Source: Microbacteriaceae bacterium UBA1487 (lineage in GTDB: Bacteria; Actinomycetota; Actinomycetes; Actinomycetales; Microbacteriaceae). Taken from it: a stretch of 64,000 nt of DNA. Below are positions 33,440 through 41,531 of this stretch, piece after piece. A program made the position numbers and the translations under genes. The DNA is taken from the NCBI GenBank assembly GCA_002325245.1, contig DCRR01000001.1, positions 8,312 through 72,311 of the forward strand. Direction: 5' to 3'. Each line of letters opens with the position of its first letter. Position 1 is the first letter of the stretch. The notes under the pieces are model-generated. The model had not been told where the DNA came from, ran no database searches, and worked only from the letters and a program-made list of their open reading frames with translations.

Positions 33440-33661
33440 CTACGCCCGGGCCACGCGCTCGGCCGCCGTCTCCAGGTCGAGGCACTGGGCCACCTCGACC
33501 GCGGTGTTGTAGACGGGTCCCGACAGCGCGACGTAGACGCGGCCCGCGCAGACGACGTAGCCGATGGTCGCGGTTTCGCGCTCGACGCGGTAGATGCCCT
33601 CGACCGCCTGCGTGACGAGCAGCTCCGCGCCTCGCGTGTCGTGCCCGATGGTGTCCTTCAT
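33440..33661 (-). CDS. small hypothetical protein (73 aa)
   Basis: ATG 33661 preceded by GGGAGG. MKDTIGHDTRGAELLVTQAVEGIYRVERETATIGYVV.... The longer track ORF (to 33874) is not needed. Confidence 0.45.
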   Translation of the reverse strand: MKDTIGHDTRGAELLVTQAVEGIYRVERETATIGYVVCAGRVYVALSGPVYNTAVEVAQCLDLETAAERVARA

Positions 33662-33946
33662 GGTGCCTCCCGGCTCGTCATCGTGCCGGTGCGAAGTGTG
33701 GACTCCGCGCCGATCCGGAATCACTTCCATGACACACCCGGATTCGCCGAGGAGCAAGGGTCGTACCCGAGTATTTGCCGAGACTCCACCTGTGCGTCCT
33801 CTCATGAGCCGCCCAGAGCTCGTCCAGGTTGATGTCGCAGTATCGATGTGGGCCCAGTTGGGCGCGGTGTGCATCTTCCGCCGAGTTCCCCGGTTGCCGG
33901 GCCCTCACCCCTCGTTGAACGGCCACAGTCGGCTTCTCGGCGCGTC

Positions 33947-34729
33947 ATGCGCGCAGCGCACTGGCGTGCGCCCGATCGAAAGTGCTCCTCCTTGTTCCAC
34001 TCCCACGTCCCGCCCGCAGTGCCCCTGCCCCACGACCCTGATCTGCTCCCCAACGTCGACATCGAAGAACACCACGTCTTCGGCTCTCGGCGCGCCTTTC
34101 TCGACCTCGGCCGTCGCAAGCTCGCCGTCGGCGCCGCGGCGATCTGCCTGATGAGCCTCGGCATCAACGAGCTCCCCGCCGCCGCGACCACGGTCCAGGC
34201 GGAAGAAGCGGAGGCGAGCCTGCAGTCGTTCTCCACGGGCTACGTCGCCACGCCGGAGATCGAGCGCAGCGGCTACGACGTGTCGAGCTACACCGTCGTG
34301 CAGTGGCCGATCAATCCGGGCACCGCCGTCAGCGACTACTTCGGATCCCGGGTCCCACCGTGTGCCACGTGCTCGTCGTACCACCTCGGCATCGACTGGG
34401 ATGCGGAGTCGGGCAGCGCGGTCGGCGCGATCGCCGAGGGAACCGTCGTCGGCCTCGACAGCATCTCAGGCGACCTGGGGGTGCACGTCGTGATCGAGCA
34501 CGAGATCGACGGTCAGATCGTCCGCAGCGTCTACGCGCACCTGCTGTCCGGAAGCGTGCCGGTGGCGGTCGGCCAGACCGTGTCGCCGGGCGACACCGTC
34601 GGACGAGTCGGCAACACCGGTCTCAGCACCGGTGCGCACCTCCACCTCGCGATGATCGACGTCGACGGCACCTTCTTCGACCCGCTGTCGTGGCTGCAGT
34701 CCCACGTCAACGTCGAGTGGGGTCAGTAG
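33947..34729 (+). CDS. M23 family metallopeptidase, probable Tat-exported
   Basis: HLGIDWD (HxxxD), NTGLSTGAHLHL (HxH) and a twin-arginine motif GSRRAFLDLG followed by a hydrophobic segment. The start is uncertain (ATG 33947, TTG 33992 or GTG 34019). Confidence 0.8.
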   Translation: MRAAHWRAPDRKCSSLFHSHVPPAVPLPHDPDLLPNVDIEEHHVFGSRRAFLDLGRRKLAVGAAAICLMSLGINELPAAATTVQAEEAEASLQSFSTGYVATPEIERSGYDVSSYTVVQWPINPGTAVSDYFGSRVPPCATCSSYHLGIDWDAESGSAVGAIAEGTVVGLDSISGDLGVHVVIEHEIDGQIVRSVYAHLLSGSVPVAVGQTVSPGDTVGRVGNTGLSTGAHLHLAMIDVDGTFFDPLSWLQSHVNVEWGQ

Positions 34730-34748
34730 GCGCGGGTAGCCTGTCCCG

Positions 34749-35261
34749 GTGACCTCGCCGCGCATCCGTCCCTACGCACCCGACGACCTCGACGCACTGG
34801 TCGCCATCAACGACGCCGCGTACCCGGCGGTGCCGGTCACGGGGCGCACGGAGCTTGCCGCGCTTGCCGAGCTCGCCGTGCCGCGCCTCGTGGTGGACGA
34901 CGGTGCTCCGGCCGGCTTCCTCTTCGCGCTGCCCCCGGGTCGTGACTACGACAGCGAGAACTATCGCTGGTTCAGCGAACGCGCCGAGCGCACCGGACGG
35001 GGCTTCCTCTACGTCGATCGCATCGTGCTGGCTCCTCGACTTCAGAGCCAGGGCTTCGGCCCTCGACTGTACGCGGCGGTCTTCGAGGCCGCGCGCGCCG
35101 CGGGGCACCCCGAAGTGCTCTGCGAAGTCAACGTCGAGCCGCCGAACCCGGGCTCTCTCGCCTTCCATGGCCGGCTCGGATTCCGTGAGGTCGGGCGGCA
35201 GTCGACCAAGGGCGGACGCGTCGAGGTCGCGCTGTTCGCCGCCGAGGTGCCACGGGCCTAG
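34749..35261 (+). CDS. GNAT family N-acetyltransferase
   Basis: IRPYAPDDLDALVAIN...VDRIVLAPRLQSQGFGPRLY...SLAFHGRLGF (acetyl-CoA binding Q/RxxGxG). Leaderless GTG start (TAGCCT, 6 nt, GTG). Confidence 0.8.
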   Translation: MTSPRIRPYAPDDLDALVAINDAAYPAVPVTGRTELAALAELAVPRLVVDDGAPAGFLFALPPGRDYDSENYRWFSERAERTGRGFLYVDRIVLAPRLQSQGFGPRLYAAVFEAARAAGHPEVLCEVNVEPPNPGSLAFHGRLGFREVGRQSTKGGRVEVALFAAEVPRA

Positions 35262-35270
35262 CATCAACAC

Positions 35271-36089
35271 ATGACCACCCCCGCGCCCACGGTGTCGATC
35301 GTGATTCCGGCGTACAACGAGGAGTCGACGATTCGCGCGTGCGTCGTCGCGGCGATCGAGCAGACGGTTCCCGCCGACGAGATCCTCGTGATCGACAACA
35401 AGTCGACCGACGGCACGCTCGCGCTGCTGCACTCGCTGCAGCAGGAGTTTCCCGCTGCGCCGCTGCGCGTCTTCTCGCAAGCCGCCGAGCAGGGGCTCGT
35501 CCCGACGCGGAACTTCGGCATGGACCTGGCGCTCGGCGAGGTGATCGGGAGAATCGACGCCGACTCGGTGCTCGAACCCGACTGGGTCGAGCAGGTGAAG
35601 GCGATCTTCGCCGACCCGAGCGTCGGCGCGGCGACCGGGCCGGTGATCTACTACGACATGCCGTTGCGGCGCTGGGGCCACCGAGCCGACGACACCCTGC
35701 GTCGCGGCATTCTGAAGCTCGCGCGCGACTACCATTTCGTGTTCGGCAGCAACATGGCCGTGCGCGCGAGCGCCTGGCACGACATCCGTGACGTCGTGTG
35801 CCGGGACGAAGCCGACGAGATGCACGAAGACATCGACATCAGCATCCACCTGTTCGATCGCGGGCACCGCGTGGTGTACGGCTCGAAGATGGTCGCCGGA
35901 ATGTCGGCACGACGGCTCGACGACAGCCCGCGCGACTACTTCTACTACGTGCGCCGCTTCGACCGCACCTACGATGCCCACGGGATCACGAACCCCGCGC
36001 TTCGGGCGCCGATGGTGATCTTCTCGGCGATCTACCCGCTGCTGCACGGGGTGCGCTGGTCACGAGCCCGCCGGGCCGCCCTGCGCTGA
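35271..36089 (+). CDS. family 2 glycosyltransferase
   Basis: VSIVIPAYNEESTI...ILVIDNKSTDGT...RIDADS (DxD-like). Leaderless start (TAGCAT, 6 nt, ATG); the TAG is also the GNAT stop codon. Confidence 0.85.
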   Translation: MTTPAPTVSIVIPAYNEESTIRACVVAAIEQTVPADEILVIDNKSTDGTLALLHSLQQEFPAAPLRVFSQAAEQGLVPTRNFGMDLALGEVIGRIDADSVLEPDWVEQVKAIFADPSVGAATGPVIYYDMPLRRWGHRADDTLRRGILKLARDYHFVFGSNMAVRASAWHDIRDVVCRDEADEMHEDIDISIHLFDRGHRVVYGSKMVAGMSARRLDDSPRDYFYYVRRFDRTYDAHGITNPALRAPMVIFSAIYPLLHGVRWSRARRAALR

Positions 36090-36104
36090 CGCCGCGAGGC
36101 GCAC

Positions 36105-36215
36105 GCGCTATGCTCGGGGACGAACACGGGAGTCCGGTAGGCCGGGCTGAGAGGAAGCTCATCAAGCTTCGACCGTCGAACCTGATCCGGATCATGCCGG
36201 CGCAGGGAGGCATCT
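36105..36215 (+). promoter_or_regulatory. TPP (THI-box) riboswitch
   Basis: Conserved cores GGGCUGAGAGG and GAACCUGAUCCGGAUCAUGCCGGCGCAGGGAGG, with GGGGAC P2-type pairing. Located upstream of ykoE-like ECF S-component. Confidence 0.85.
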
Positions 36216-36248
36216 CTGGTTGATCGCCCATCGCGCGATTGATCGCCC

Positions 36249-36274
36249 GTGCACTTTCCTCAACGAAAGGGCAC
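36249..36274 (+). promoter_or_regulatory. SD-sequestering hairpin (riboswitch expression platform)
   Basis: GTGCACTTTC-ctcaac-GAAAGGGCAC. The right arm contains the ykoE SD (GAAAGGG, 36265-36271), 8 nt before GTG 36280. Confidence 0.55.
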
Positions 36275-36279
36275 GATTC

Positions 36280-36903
36280 GTGACCACGCAATCCACTCTT
36301 CCCACCTCCGCGAAGCGGACGATCGTCTGGCGCTGGCGCGTCGTCGACGTCGTCGTGGCCGCCGTCATCGGCGTCGCCGCCGGAGTGGTGTTCTGGGCCT
36401 TCGGGCTCGCCTACTCGATCCCGGGCGACGCGCTCGGGGCGCTCCTCCCCGGGGCCCAGGGCCTGCTGTACGGCGTCTGGCTGTTCGCGGGCGTGCTCGG
36501 CGGCATCATCATCCGCAAGCCCGGAGCGGCGCTGTTCACCGAACTGGTCGCGGCGAGCGTCTCGGCGCTCATCGGCACCTACTGGGGGCCGCTCACGCTC
36601 GTCTCCGGCCTCGTGCAGGGCCTCGGCGCCGAACTGGTGCTGCTCGCCTTCCTCTACGCCAACTGGCGCGTCTACGTCGCGATGCTCGCCGGCGCGGGTG
36701 CCGGCCTCGCGGCGGCACTCAGCGAGTTCGTCATCTACTACGTCGGCGTCGAGCCGGCCTTCATGGTCGTCTACGCGATCTGCTTCGCGATCTCGGGTGC
36801 TGTGATCGCCGGACTCGGCTCGTGGCTGCTCATGCGGGCGCTCGCGGCGACCGGGGCGCTCAGCCGCTTCGCCGCCGGACGCGAGCGGACCGCCGAGGTC
36901 TAG
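36280..36903 (+). CDS. ykoE: ECF transporter S component, YkoE-like (HMP/thiamine-precursor specific)
   Basis: 6-TM small membrane protein (WRVVDVVVAAVIGVAAGVVFWAF...) directly behind the TPP riboswitch and ahead of the duplicated ATPase and T component, the ykoEDC arrangement. Confidence 0.8.
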   Translation: MTTQSTLPTSAKRTIVWRWRVVDVVVAAVIGVAAGVVFWAFGLAYSIPGDALGALLPGAQGLLYGVWLFAGVLGGIIIRKPGAALFTELVAASVSALIGTYWGPLTLVSGLVQGLGAELVLLAFLYANWRVYVAMLAGAGAGLAAALSEFVIYYVGVEPAFMVVYAICFAISGAVIAGLGSWLLMRALAATGALSRFAAGRERTAEV

Positions 36904-36911
36904 GCACGCTC

Positions 36912-38408
36912 ATGACCCCACCCGTGACGCACTCGGACACCGCGACGCACCTCGGTGCGCCCGCGCGTCTGAGCGCGCACGGGTGGGGCTGGCGGCACGC
37001 CGGGCGACGCGCCTGGGCGGTGCGCGCGCTCGACGTCAGCATCGAGCCGGGGGAGCGGGTGCTGCTGCTCGGTCCTTCGGGCTCCGGGAAGTCCACGCTG
37101 CTCGCGGGCCTCGCCGGGGTGCTCGGCGGTGCGGAGGAGGGTGAGACCGAGGGGACGCTGCGCGTCGACCGGGATCAGCCCGCCGCCGCGCGCGGGCGCG
37201 TCGGACTGGTGCTGCAGGATCCCGAGTCCCACGCGGTCATGGCCCGCGTCGGAGACGACGTCGCGTTCGGTCCCGAGAACCTCGGGGTGCCGCGCGACGA
37301 GATCTGGTCACGCGTGGACGCGGCGCTGGCCGCGGTCGGGCTCGACGTCGGACGCGCGCACTCCACCTCGGCGCTCTCGGGCGGGCAGAAGCAGCGCCTC
37401 GCGCTCGCCGGGGTGCTCGCCATGCGGCCGGGGGCGCTGCTGCTGGACGAGCCGACCGCGAATCTCGACCCGGCGGGTGCCCGGGAGGTTCGCGACGCGG
37501 TCGCCGAGGTGATCGATCGCACCGGGGCGACGCTCCTCGTCGTGGAGCATCGAGTCGACCTGTGGCACGACCTCGTCAATCGCGTGCTGGTGCTCGGTGC
37601 CGATGGCTCGCTCATCGCCGACGGCACGCCGGCGCGGATTCTCGAGGAGCGCGGCGCGGAGCTGGCGGCCGGCGGAGTGTGGGTGCCGGGGCGGGAGCCG
37701 CGGCTCGCATCTCGGCCAGCAGGCTCGGCCGGCCCCGAGATGGTCTCGGCCACGGCGCTGCGCGTGGCCCGGGAGCGCGGCCGCCCGCTGCCGTGGACGC
37801 TCGACGCCACGTTCTCCGCGGGCGAGACTGTCGCGCTGACCGGGCCGAACGGCGTGGGCAAGTCCACGCTCGCGCTCACCCTCGCCGGCCTCGTTCCCCC
37901 CGCCGCGGGGAGCGTCGACGCGAGCCCGGAGCTGGCGGGCGGACTGGCCGGCGCCCCGCACCGCTGGCGCTCGCGCGAGCTGCTGACCCGCTTCGGAATG
38001 GTCTTCCAGGCGCCCGAGCACCAGTTCGTCGCGGCGACCGTGCGCGAGGAGCTCGCGGTCGGTCCCCGGAGTCTGGGGCTGTCCGAGGCGGAGGTCGAGG
38101 CGCACGTCGGCGGCCTGCTCGACCGACTCGGCCTGGCCGCGCTCGCGGGCGCGAACCCGTTCACGCTGTCCGGCGGGCAGAAGCGCCGACTCTCGGTCGG
38201 CACCGCCCTCGCGACGCGTCCGCGGGTTCTGCTCCTGGACGAGCCGACTTTCGGACAGGATGCGCTGAGCTGGGCCTCCCTCGTCGAGCTCATCGACGAG
38301 GTGCGTGCCGAGGGAAGCGCGGTGATCGCGGCATCTCACGATGAGCACTTCGTGCGCGAGGCTGCCACGACGCAGCTTCGGCTGACGGCAGCCGGGGTGG
38401 GCTCATGA
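36912..38408 (+). CDS. ykoD: ECF/ABC transporter duplicated ATP-binding protein, YkoD-like
   Basis: Two NBDs: [23 protein letters not shown] and GPNGVGKST/LSGGQKRR/LLLDEP. Confidence 0.9.
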   Translation: MTPPVTHSDTATHLGAPARLSAHGWGWRHAGRRAWAVRALDVSIEPGERVLLLGPSGSGKSTLLAGLAGVLGGAEEGETEGTLRVDRDQPAAARGRVGLVLQDPESHAVMARVGDDVAFGPENLGVPRDEIWSRVDAALAAVGLDVGRAHSTSALSGGQKQRLALAGVLAMRPGALLLDEPTANLDPAGAREVRDAVAEVIDRTGATLLVVEHRVDLWHDLVNRVLVLGADGSLIADGTPARILEERGAELAAGGVWVPGREPRLASRPAGSAGPEMVSATALRVARERGRPLPWTLDATFSAGETVALTGPNGVGKSTLALTLAGLVPPAAGSVDASPELAGGLAGAPHRWRSRELLTRFGMVFQAPEHQFVAATVREELAVGPRSLGLSEAEVEAHVGGLLDRLGLAALAGANPFTLSGGQKRRLSVGTALATRPRVLLLDEPTFGQDALSWASLVELIDEVRAEGSAVIAASHDEHFVREAATTQLRLTAAGVGS

Positions 38409-39199
38409 CGGCGACGCTCGCGCCGGCGACCGGACTCGTCACGACGTCGCCGCTCGAACGGATCAACCCGGTCGCACGGCTGCTCGCGGCGTTGCTGCTC
38501 GCCGCGGTGCTCGTCATGTCGATCGACCCGGTCTCGGCGGGCGTGGCCCTCATCCTCGAGATCCCGCTCGTGCTGATGAGCGGCCTCGGCTGGCGGGGAT
38601 TCTGGGCCCGCACCTGGCCGGTCTGGATCGCGGCGCCGTTGGCGGGGCTCACGGTGGCGCTATACGGGCGCGCCGGGGGCGCGGTGCTCTTCGAGTGGGC
38701 ACTCATCCGCATCAGCGAGGGCTCGCTCCTGCTCTCGCTCGCGACCGTGCTGCGCGTGCTGGCGATCGCGCTGCCCGGCATCGTGCTGTTCGCCCGGGTC
38801 GATCCGACCGATCTCGCCGACGGGCTGGCGCAGGTGCTGCGCCTGCCCAGCCGGTTCGTCCTCGGGGCGCTCGCCGCGTTCCGCCTGCTGGGAGTGCTCC
38901 GCGACGACTGGCGAGCCCTCGAACTGGCCCGGCGCGCGCGCGGAATCGCCGACCGCGGACGGATCCGTCGGTTCGCCGGCATGGCGTTCGCGCTCCTCGT
39001 GCTGTCGATCCGACGGGGGAGCACCCTCGCCACCGCGATGGAGGCGCGCGGATTCGGCGGCGACACCCCTCGCACCTGGGCGCGCGAGTCCCGTTTCGGC
39101 GCGAATGGCTGGCTGCTGCTCGTGGCCACCGGCGTCGTGGGGGGCATCGCCGTCGCCGTCGCCGTCCTGACGGGAGCGTGGACGTTCGTTGTCCAGTGA
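38405..39199 (+). CDS. ykoC: energy-coupling factor transporter transmembrane (T) component, YkoC/CbiQ-like
   Basis: CbiQ-family pattern with coupling helices ARRARG...RRG. ATGA overlap with the ykoD stop. Confidence 0.85.
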   Translation: MTATLAPATGLVTTSPLERINPVARLLAALLLAAVLVMSIDPVSAGVALILEIPLVLMSGLGWRGFWARTWPVWIAAPLAGLTVALYGRAGGAVLFEWALIRISEGSLLLSLATVLRVLAIALPGIVLFARVDPTDLADGLAQVLRLPSRFVLGALAAFRLLGVLRDDWRALELARRARGIADRGRIRRFAGMAFALLVLSIRRGSTLATAMEARGFGGDTPRTWARESRFGANGWLLLVATGVVGGIAVAVAVLTGAWTFVVQ

Positions 39200-39749
39200 C
39201 CCCGACGCGCTGAGCGCGCACCTGCTGCGCGAGGTGGCACGCGCGTGCCTCGGCTCCGCACCTCGACCCGTCGTCCTGATCGACGGCGGCTCCGGCGCCG
39301 GCAAGACCACCTTTGCGCGACGTCTGCTGTCGCTCCTGGCGACGCCCGCCGGCGAAGCGCAGCTCGTGAGCCTCGACGACTTCTATCCGGGCTGGGATGG
39401 GCTGCGAGAGGGCAGCGAGATGGTGCACGCGGATGTGCTCCGCGACCGCGATCCGGGCTGGCGAGGCTGGGACTGGCAGGCGAACCGGTCAGCCGAGTGG
39501 CATCCGCTCGACCCGCAGCGGCCGCTTCTCATCGAGGGATGCGGGGCGCTGAGCGCCGCCAACCGGCGCGGTGCGAGCTTTGGGATCTGGCTGGAGCTGG
39601 AGGCGGAGGAGCGCAAGCGGCGGGCGCTGGGGCGCGACGGCATCCTCTATGCTCCGCACTGGGATCGCTGGGCCGCTCAGGAGTCCGTCTTCCGGCTGGA
39701 GGAGCCCCCGGCGCCGCTCGCCGATCTGGTCATCGATCTGAACTCGTAG
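39189..39749 (+). CDS. P-loop NTPase, uridine-kinase/PRK-like (paralog 1)
   Basis: Walker A DGGSGAGKTT, then SLDDFYPGWDGL, WDW and LLIEGCGAL. TTG 39189 overlaps the ykoC end by 11 nt, so it is probably co-translated with the riboswitch-controlled operon. Confidence 0.7.
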   Translation: MSSDPDALSAHLLREVARACLGSAPRPVVLIDGGSGAGKTTFARRLLSLLATPAGEAQLVSLDDFYPGWDGLREGSEMVHADVLRDRDPGWRGWDWQANRSAEWHPLDPQRPLLIEGCGALSAANRRGASFGIWLELEAEERKRRALGRDGILYAPHWDRWAAQESVFRLEEPPAPLADLVIDLNS

Positions 39750-39776
39750 CCGCGGGTTTCTCGCTACTGTGGGGCC

Positions 39777-40346
39777 ATGGCGAGGGGGAAAGAGCAGCGG
39801 CCGGCGGAGATCCTGGTGGATCGGATTCGGGCGCGCGCGACAGATCGGATCGTCGTGCTTGTCGACGGGCCAGCGTGTTCGGGCAAGACGACGTTGGCGG
39901 ACGAGATCGCGTACGCGCTCAAAGCGCAGCTCGTGCACATGGACGCCTTCTACCCCGGTTGGGGAGGCCTCGAGGTCGGCAGCTCGATCGTGTCCAGTTC
40001 TCTGCTGGCTGCCGAGTCGCCGGGCTACCACCGCTGGGATTGGGCGACGGGCAAGCAGGCCGAGTGGCACAAGGTCAACCCTCGCAAGCACCTGGTGATC
40101 GAAGGCTCCGGCGCCCTCAGTGCGGAGAACCTCGCGCTGGCGACCTATGGCGTCTGGATTCATCTTCCGCTGCTGGAGCGCCGCGAGCGCAAGCGACTCC
40201 GTGACGGCAGCCTCAACATGGAGCACTGGGACTTCTGGGCGATGCAGGAGCGCGCGTTCTACCAGCGCGAGCGCCCCGATCTCATCGCGCACACCGTTCT
40301 CGACAGCGGGAGCAACGTGCTCTCGCCCGAGAAGACGGACGACTGA
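39777..40346 (+). CDS. P-loop NTPase, uridine-kinase/PRK-like (paralog 2)
   Basis: Walker A DGPACSGKTT, then HMDAFYPGWGGL, WDW and LVIEGSGAL. Clear paralog of the preceding gene, with its own leaderless start (TACTGT, 6 nt, ATG). Confidence 0.7.
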   Translation: MARGKEQRPAEILVDRIRARATDRIVVLVDGPACSGKTTLADEIAYALKAQLVHMDAFYPGWGGLEVGSSIVSSSLLAAESPGYHRWDWATGKQAEWHKVNPRKHLVIEGSGALSAENLALATYGVWIHLPLLERRERKRLRDGSLNMEHWDFWAMQERAFYQRERPDLIAHTVLDSGSNVLSPEKTDD

Positions 40347-40347
40347 C

Positions 40348-40701
40348 TCAGGCCCAGCCGAGGCGGTGCAGCTCAGCGTCGTCGATGCCGTAGTAGTGGG
40401 CGATCTCGTGGACGAGCGTCACGTGGATCTCGTGGCGCAGCGCCTCCAGGTCGTCGCAGATCGCGAGAAGCGGCTCGCGGAACAGCACGATCCGGTCGGG
40501 GAGCTCCCCGAAGCCGTACTGGTCGCGGTCGGTGAGCGCGACGCCCTCGTAGACGCCCAGCAGATCGAGTGAGCCGTCCTCGGGCCGCGCCTCGGTGACG
40601 AACACCAGGTTCTCGAGCCCCTCGACCATCTCGTCGGGGAGCGCATCGAGTTCGTCGACGACGATCGACTCGAACTCGTCTTCGCTCAGCTCGAGGCTCA
40701 T
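40348..40701 (-). CDS. minimal zincin metallopeptidase family protein (DUF1025/Zincin_1-like)
   Basis: 117 aa with the HEIAHYYG (HExxH) motif. ATGA overlap with the upstream DUF2017-like gene. The track ORF to 40866 is not needed. Confidence 0.8.
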   Translation of the reverse strand: MSLELSEDEFESIVVDELDALPDEMVEGLENLVFVTEARPEDGSLDLLGVYEGVALTDRDQYGFGELPDRIVLFREPLLAICDDLEALRHEIHVTLVHEIAHYYGIDDAELHRLGWA

Positions 40702-41180
40702 CGCGGGCCCTCCGTCGTCGCGTCGAGTGCCTCCACCAGATTCCACTGCAGTGCGCCCACCCAGTCGTACACCTCCGCCATCAGCCCCTCGCCATGGTCT
40801 CCATCGTGGTGGATGCCGAGACGCTCGGCGAGCACCATTCGGAGGTCGGTGAGCACCGGCAGCCACCGCTCGACGCTGTCCGTCGCCGCGCGCACCGCGC
40901 TGCCGGCGTCGAGGGCGAGCAGCAGCGATGCCGCGGCCGAGGACTTGCGTTCCACGAGTCCGTCGCGGGTGTAGCGGGCGAACTCGGCGGCGGCCTCGGG
41001 GTCGCCGCGATAGCCGTCCGGGAAGATCCGCTGAACGGCGGGATCGTTCCCGCTCTCGTCGAGCACGAGGCTCATGTACTGCTCGACCAGGCTGCGCAGC
41101 AGCGCGAGCTCGGGCTCGCTGAGTCGCAGTTCCAGCTCGGCGCTCTCGCCGGTGCGGATCACGTGCACCTCGACGCTCAT
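40698..41180 (-). CDS. DUF2017-like protein (ClpS-associated)
   Basis: 160-aa acidic helical protein with a 4-nt overlap with clpS, the conserved actinobacterial clpS neighbour. Family is named from memory. Confidence 0.7.
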   Translation of the reverse strand: MSVEVHVIRTGESAELELRLSEPELALLRSLVEQYMSLVLDESGNDPAVQRIFPDGYRGDPEAAAEFARYTRDGLVERKSSAAASLLLALDAGSAVRAATDSVERWLPVLTDLRMVLAERLGIHHDGDHGEGLMAEVYDWVGALQWNLVEALDATTEGPR

Positions 41181-41446
41181 GCGTCCGCCTTCTGCACGCT
41201 CGCCCAGAGGCCGTACTCGTGCATGGCCTCGGTGTGCCGCTCCATCTCCTCGCGCGGTCCGGTGGCGACGACGGCGCGACCCTCGTGATGCACGAGCAGC
41301 ATGAGACGCTCCGCCTCGGGCCGGGAGTAGCCGAAATATGTCATGAAGACACGGGTGACGTACGGCATCAGGTTCACCGGGTCATTCCAGACCACGGTGC
41401 ACCAGGGCACATCCAGGGTGACGTCCGGGGCGAACTCTTCGACCAG
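41177..41446 (-). CDS. clpS: ATP-dependent Clp protease adaptor ClpS (start codon ambiguous)
   Basis: Core WCTVVWNDPVNLMPYVTRVFMTYFGYSRPEAERLMLLVHHEGRAVV. The ORF upstream of 41455 is the tRNA-His gene, so only CTG 41446 or GTG 41410 are possible starts. Confidence 0.8.
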   Translation of the reverse strand: MVEEFAPDVTLDVPWCTVVWNDPVNLMPYVTRVFMTYFGYSRPEAERLMLLVHHEGRAVVATGPREEMERHTEAMHEYGLWASVQKADA

Positions 41447-41455
41447 GACGGAATC

Positions 41456-41531
41456 GGGGCGACCGACGGGACTCGAACCCGCGACATCCGGCACCACAAG
41501 CCAGCGCTCTACCAACTGAGCTACGACCGCC
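41456..41531 (-). tRNA. tRNA-His (anticodon GTG), with encoded G-1
   Basis: Manual fold: G-1, acceptor GCGGUCG/CGGUCGC (2 G-U pairs), D-arm GCUC-AGUUGGUA-GAGC, anticodon arm CUGGC-UUGUGGU-GCCGG, T-arm GCGGG-UUCGAGU-CCCGU, discriminator C pairing with G-1. Confidence 0.9.

Noticed and set aside
33662-33946. Possible ydaO-type c-di-AMP riboswitch upstream of the M23 peptidase (a known association in Actinobacteria).
   Set aside because: I could not find the hallmark conserved blocks as I remember them (GGGGA.CCA, ACGGGGUGAAUC, CCGAACCCG.CAGCUAACC.CGUA.GC). Only loose GGAAUC/GGAUUC fragments are present, so a covariance-model scan would be needed to revisit this.
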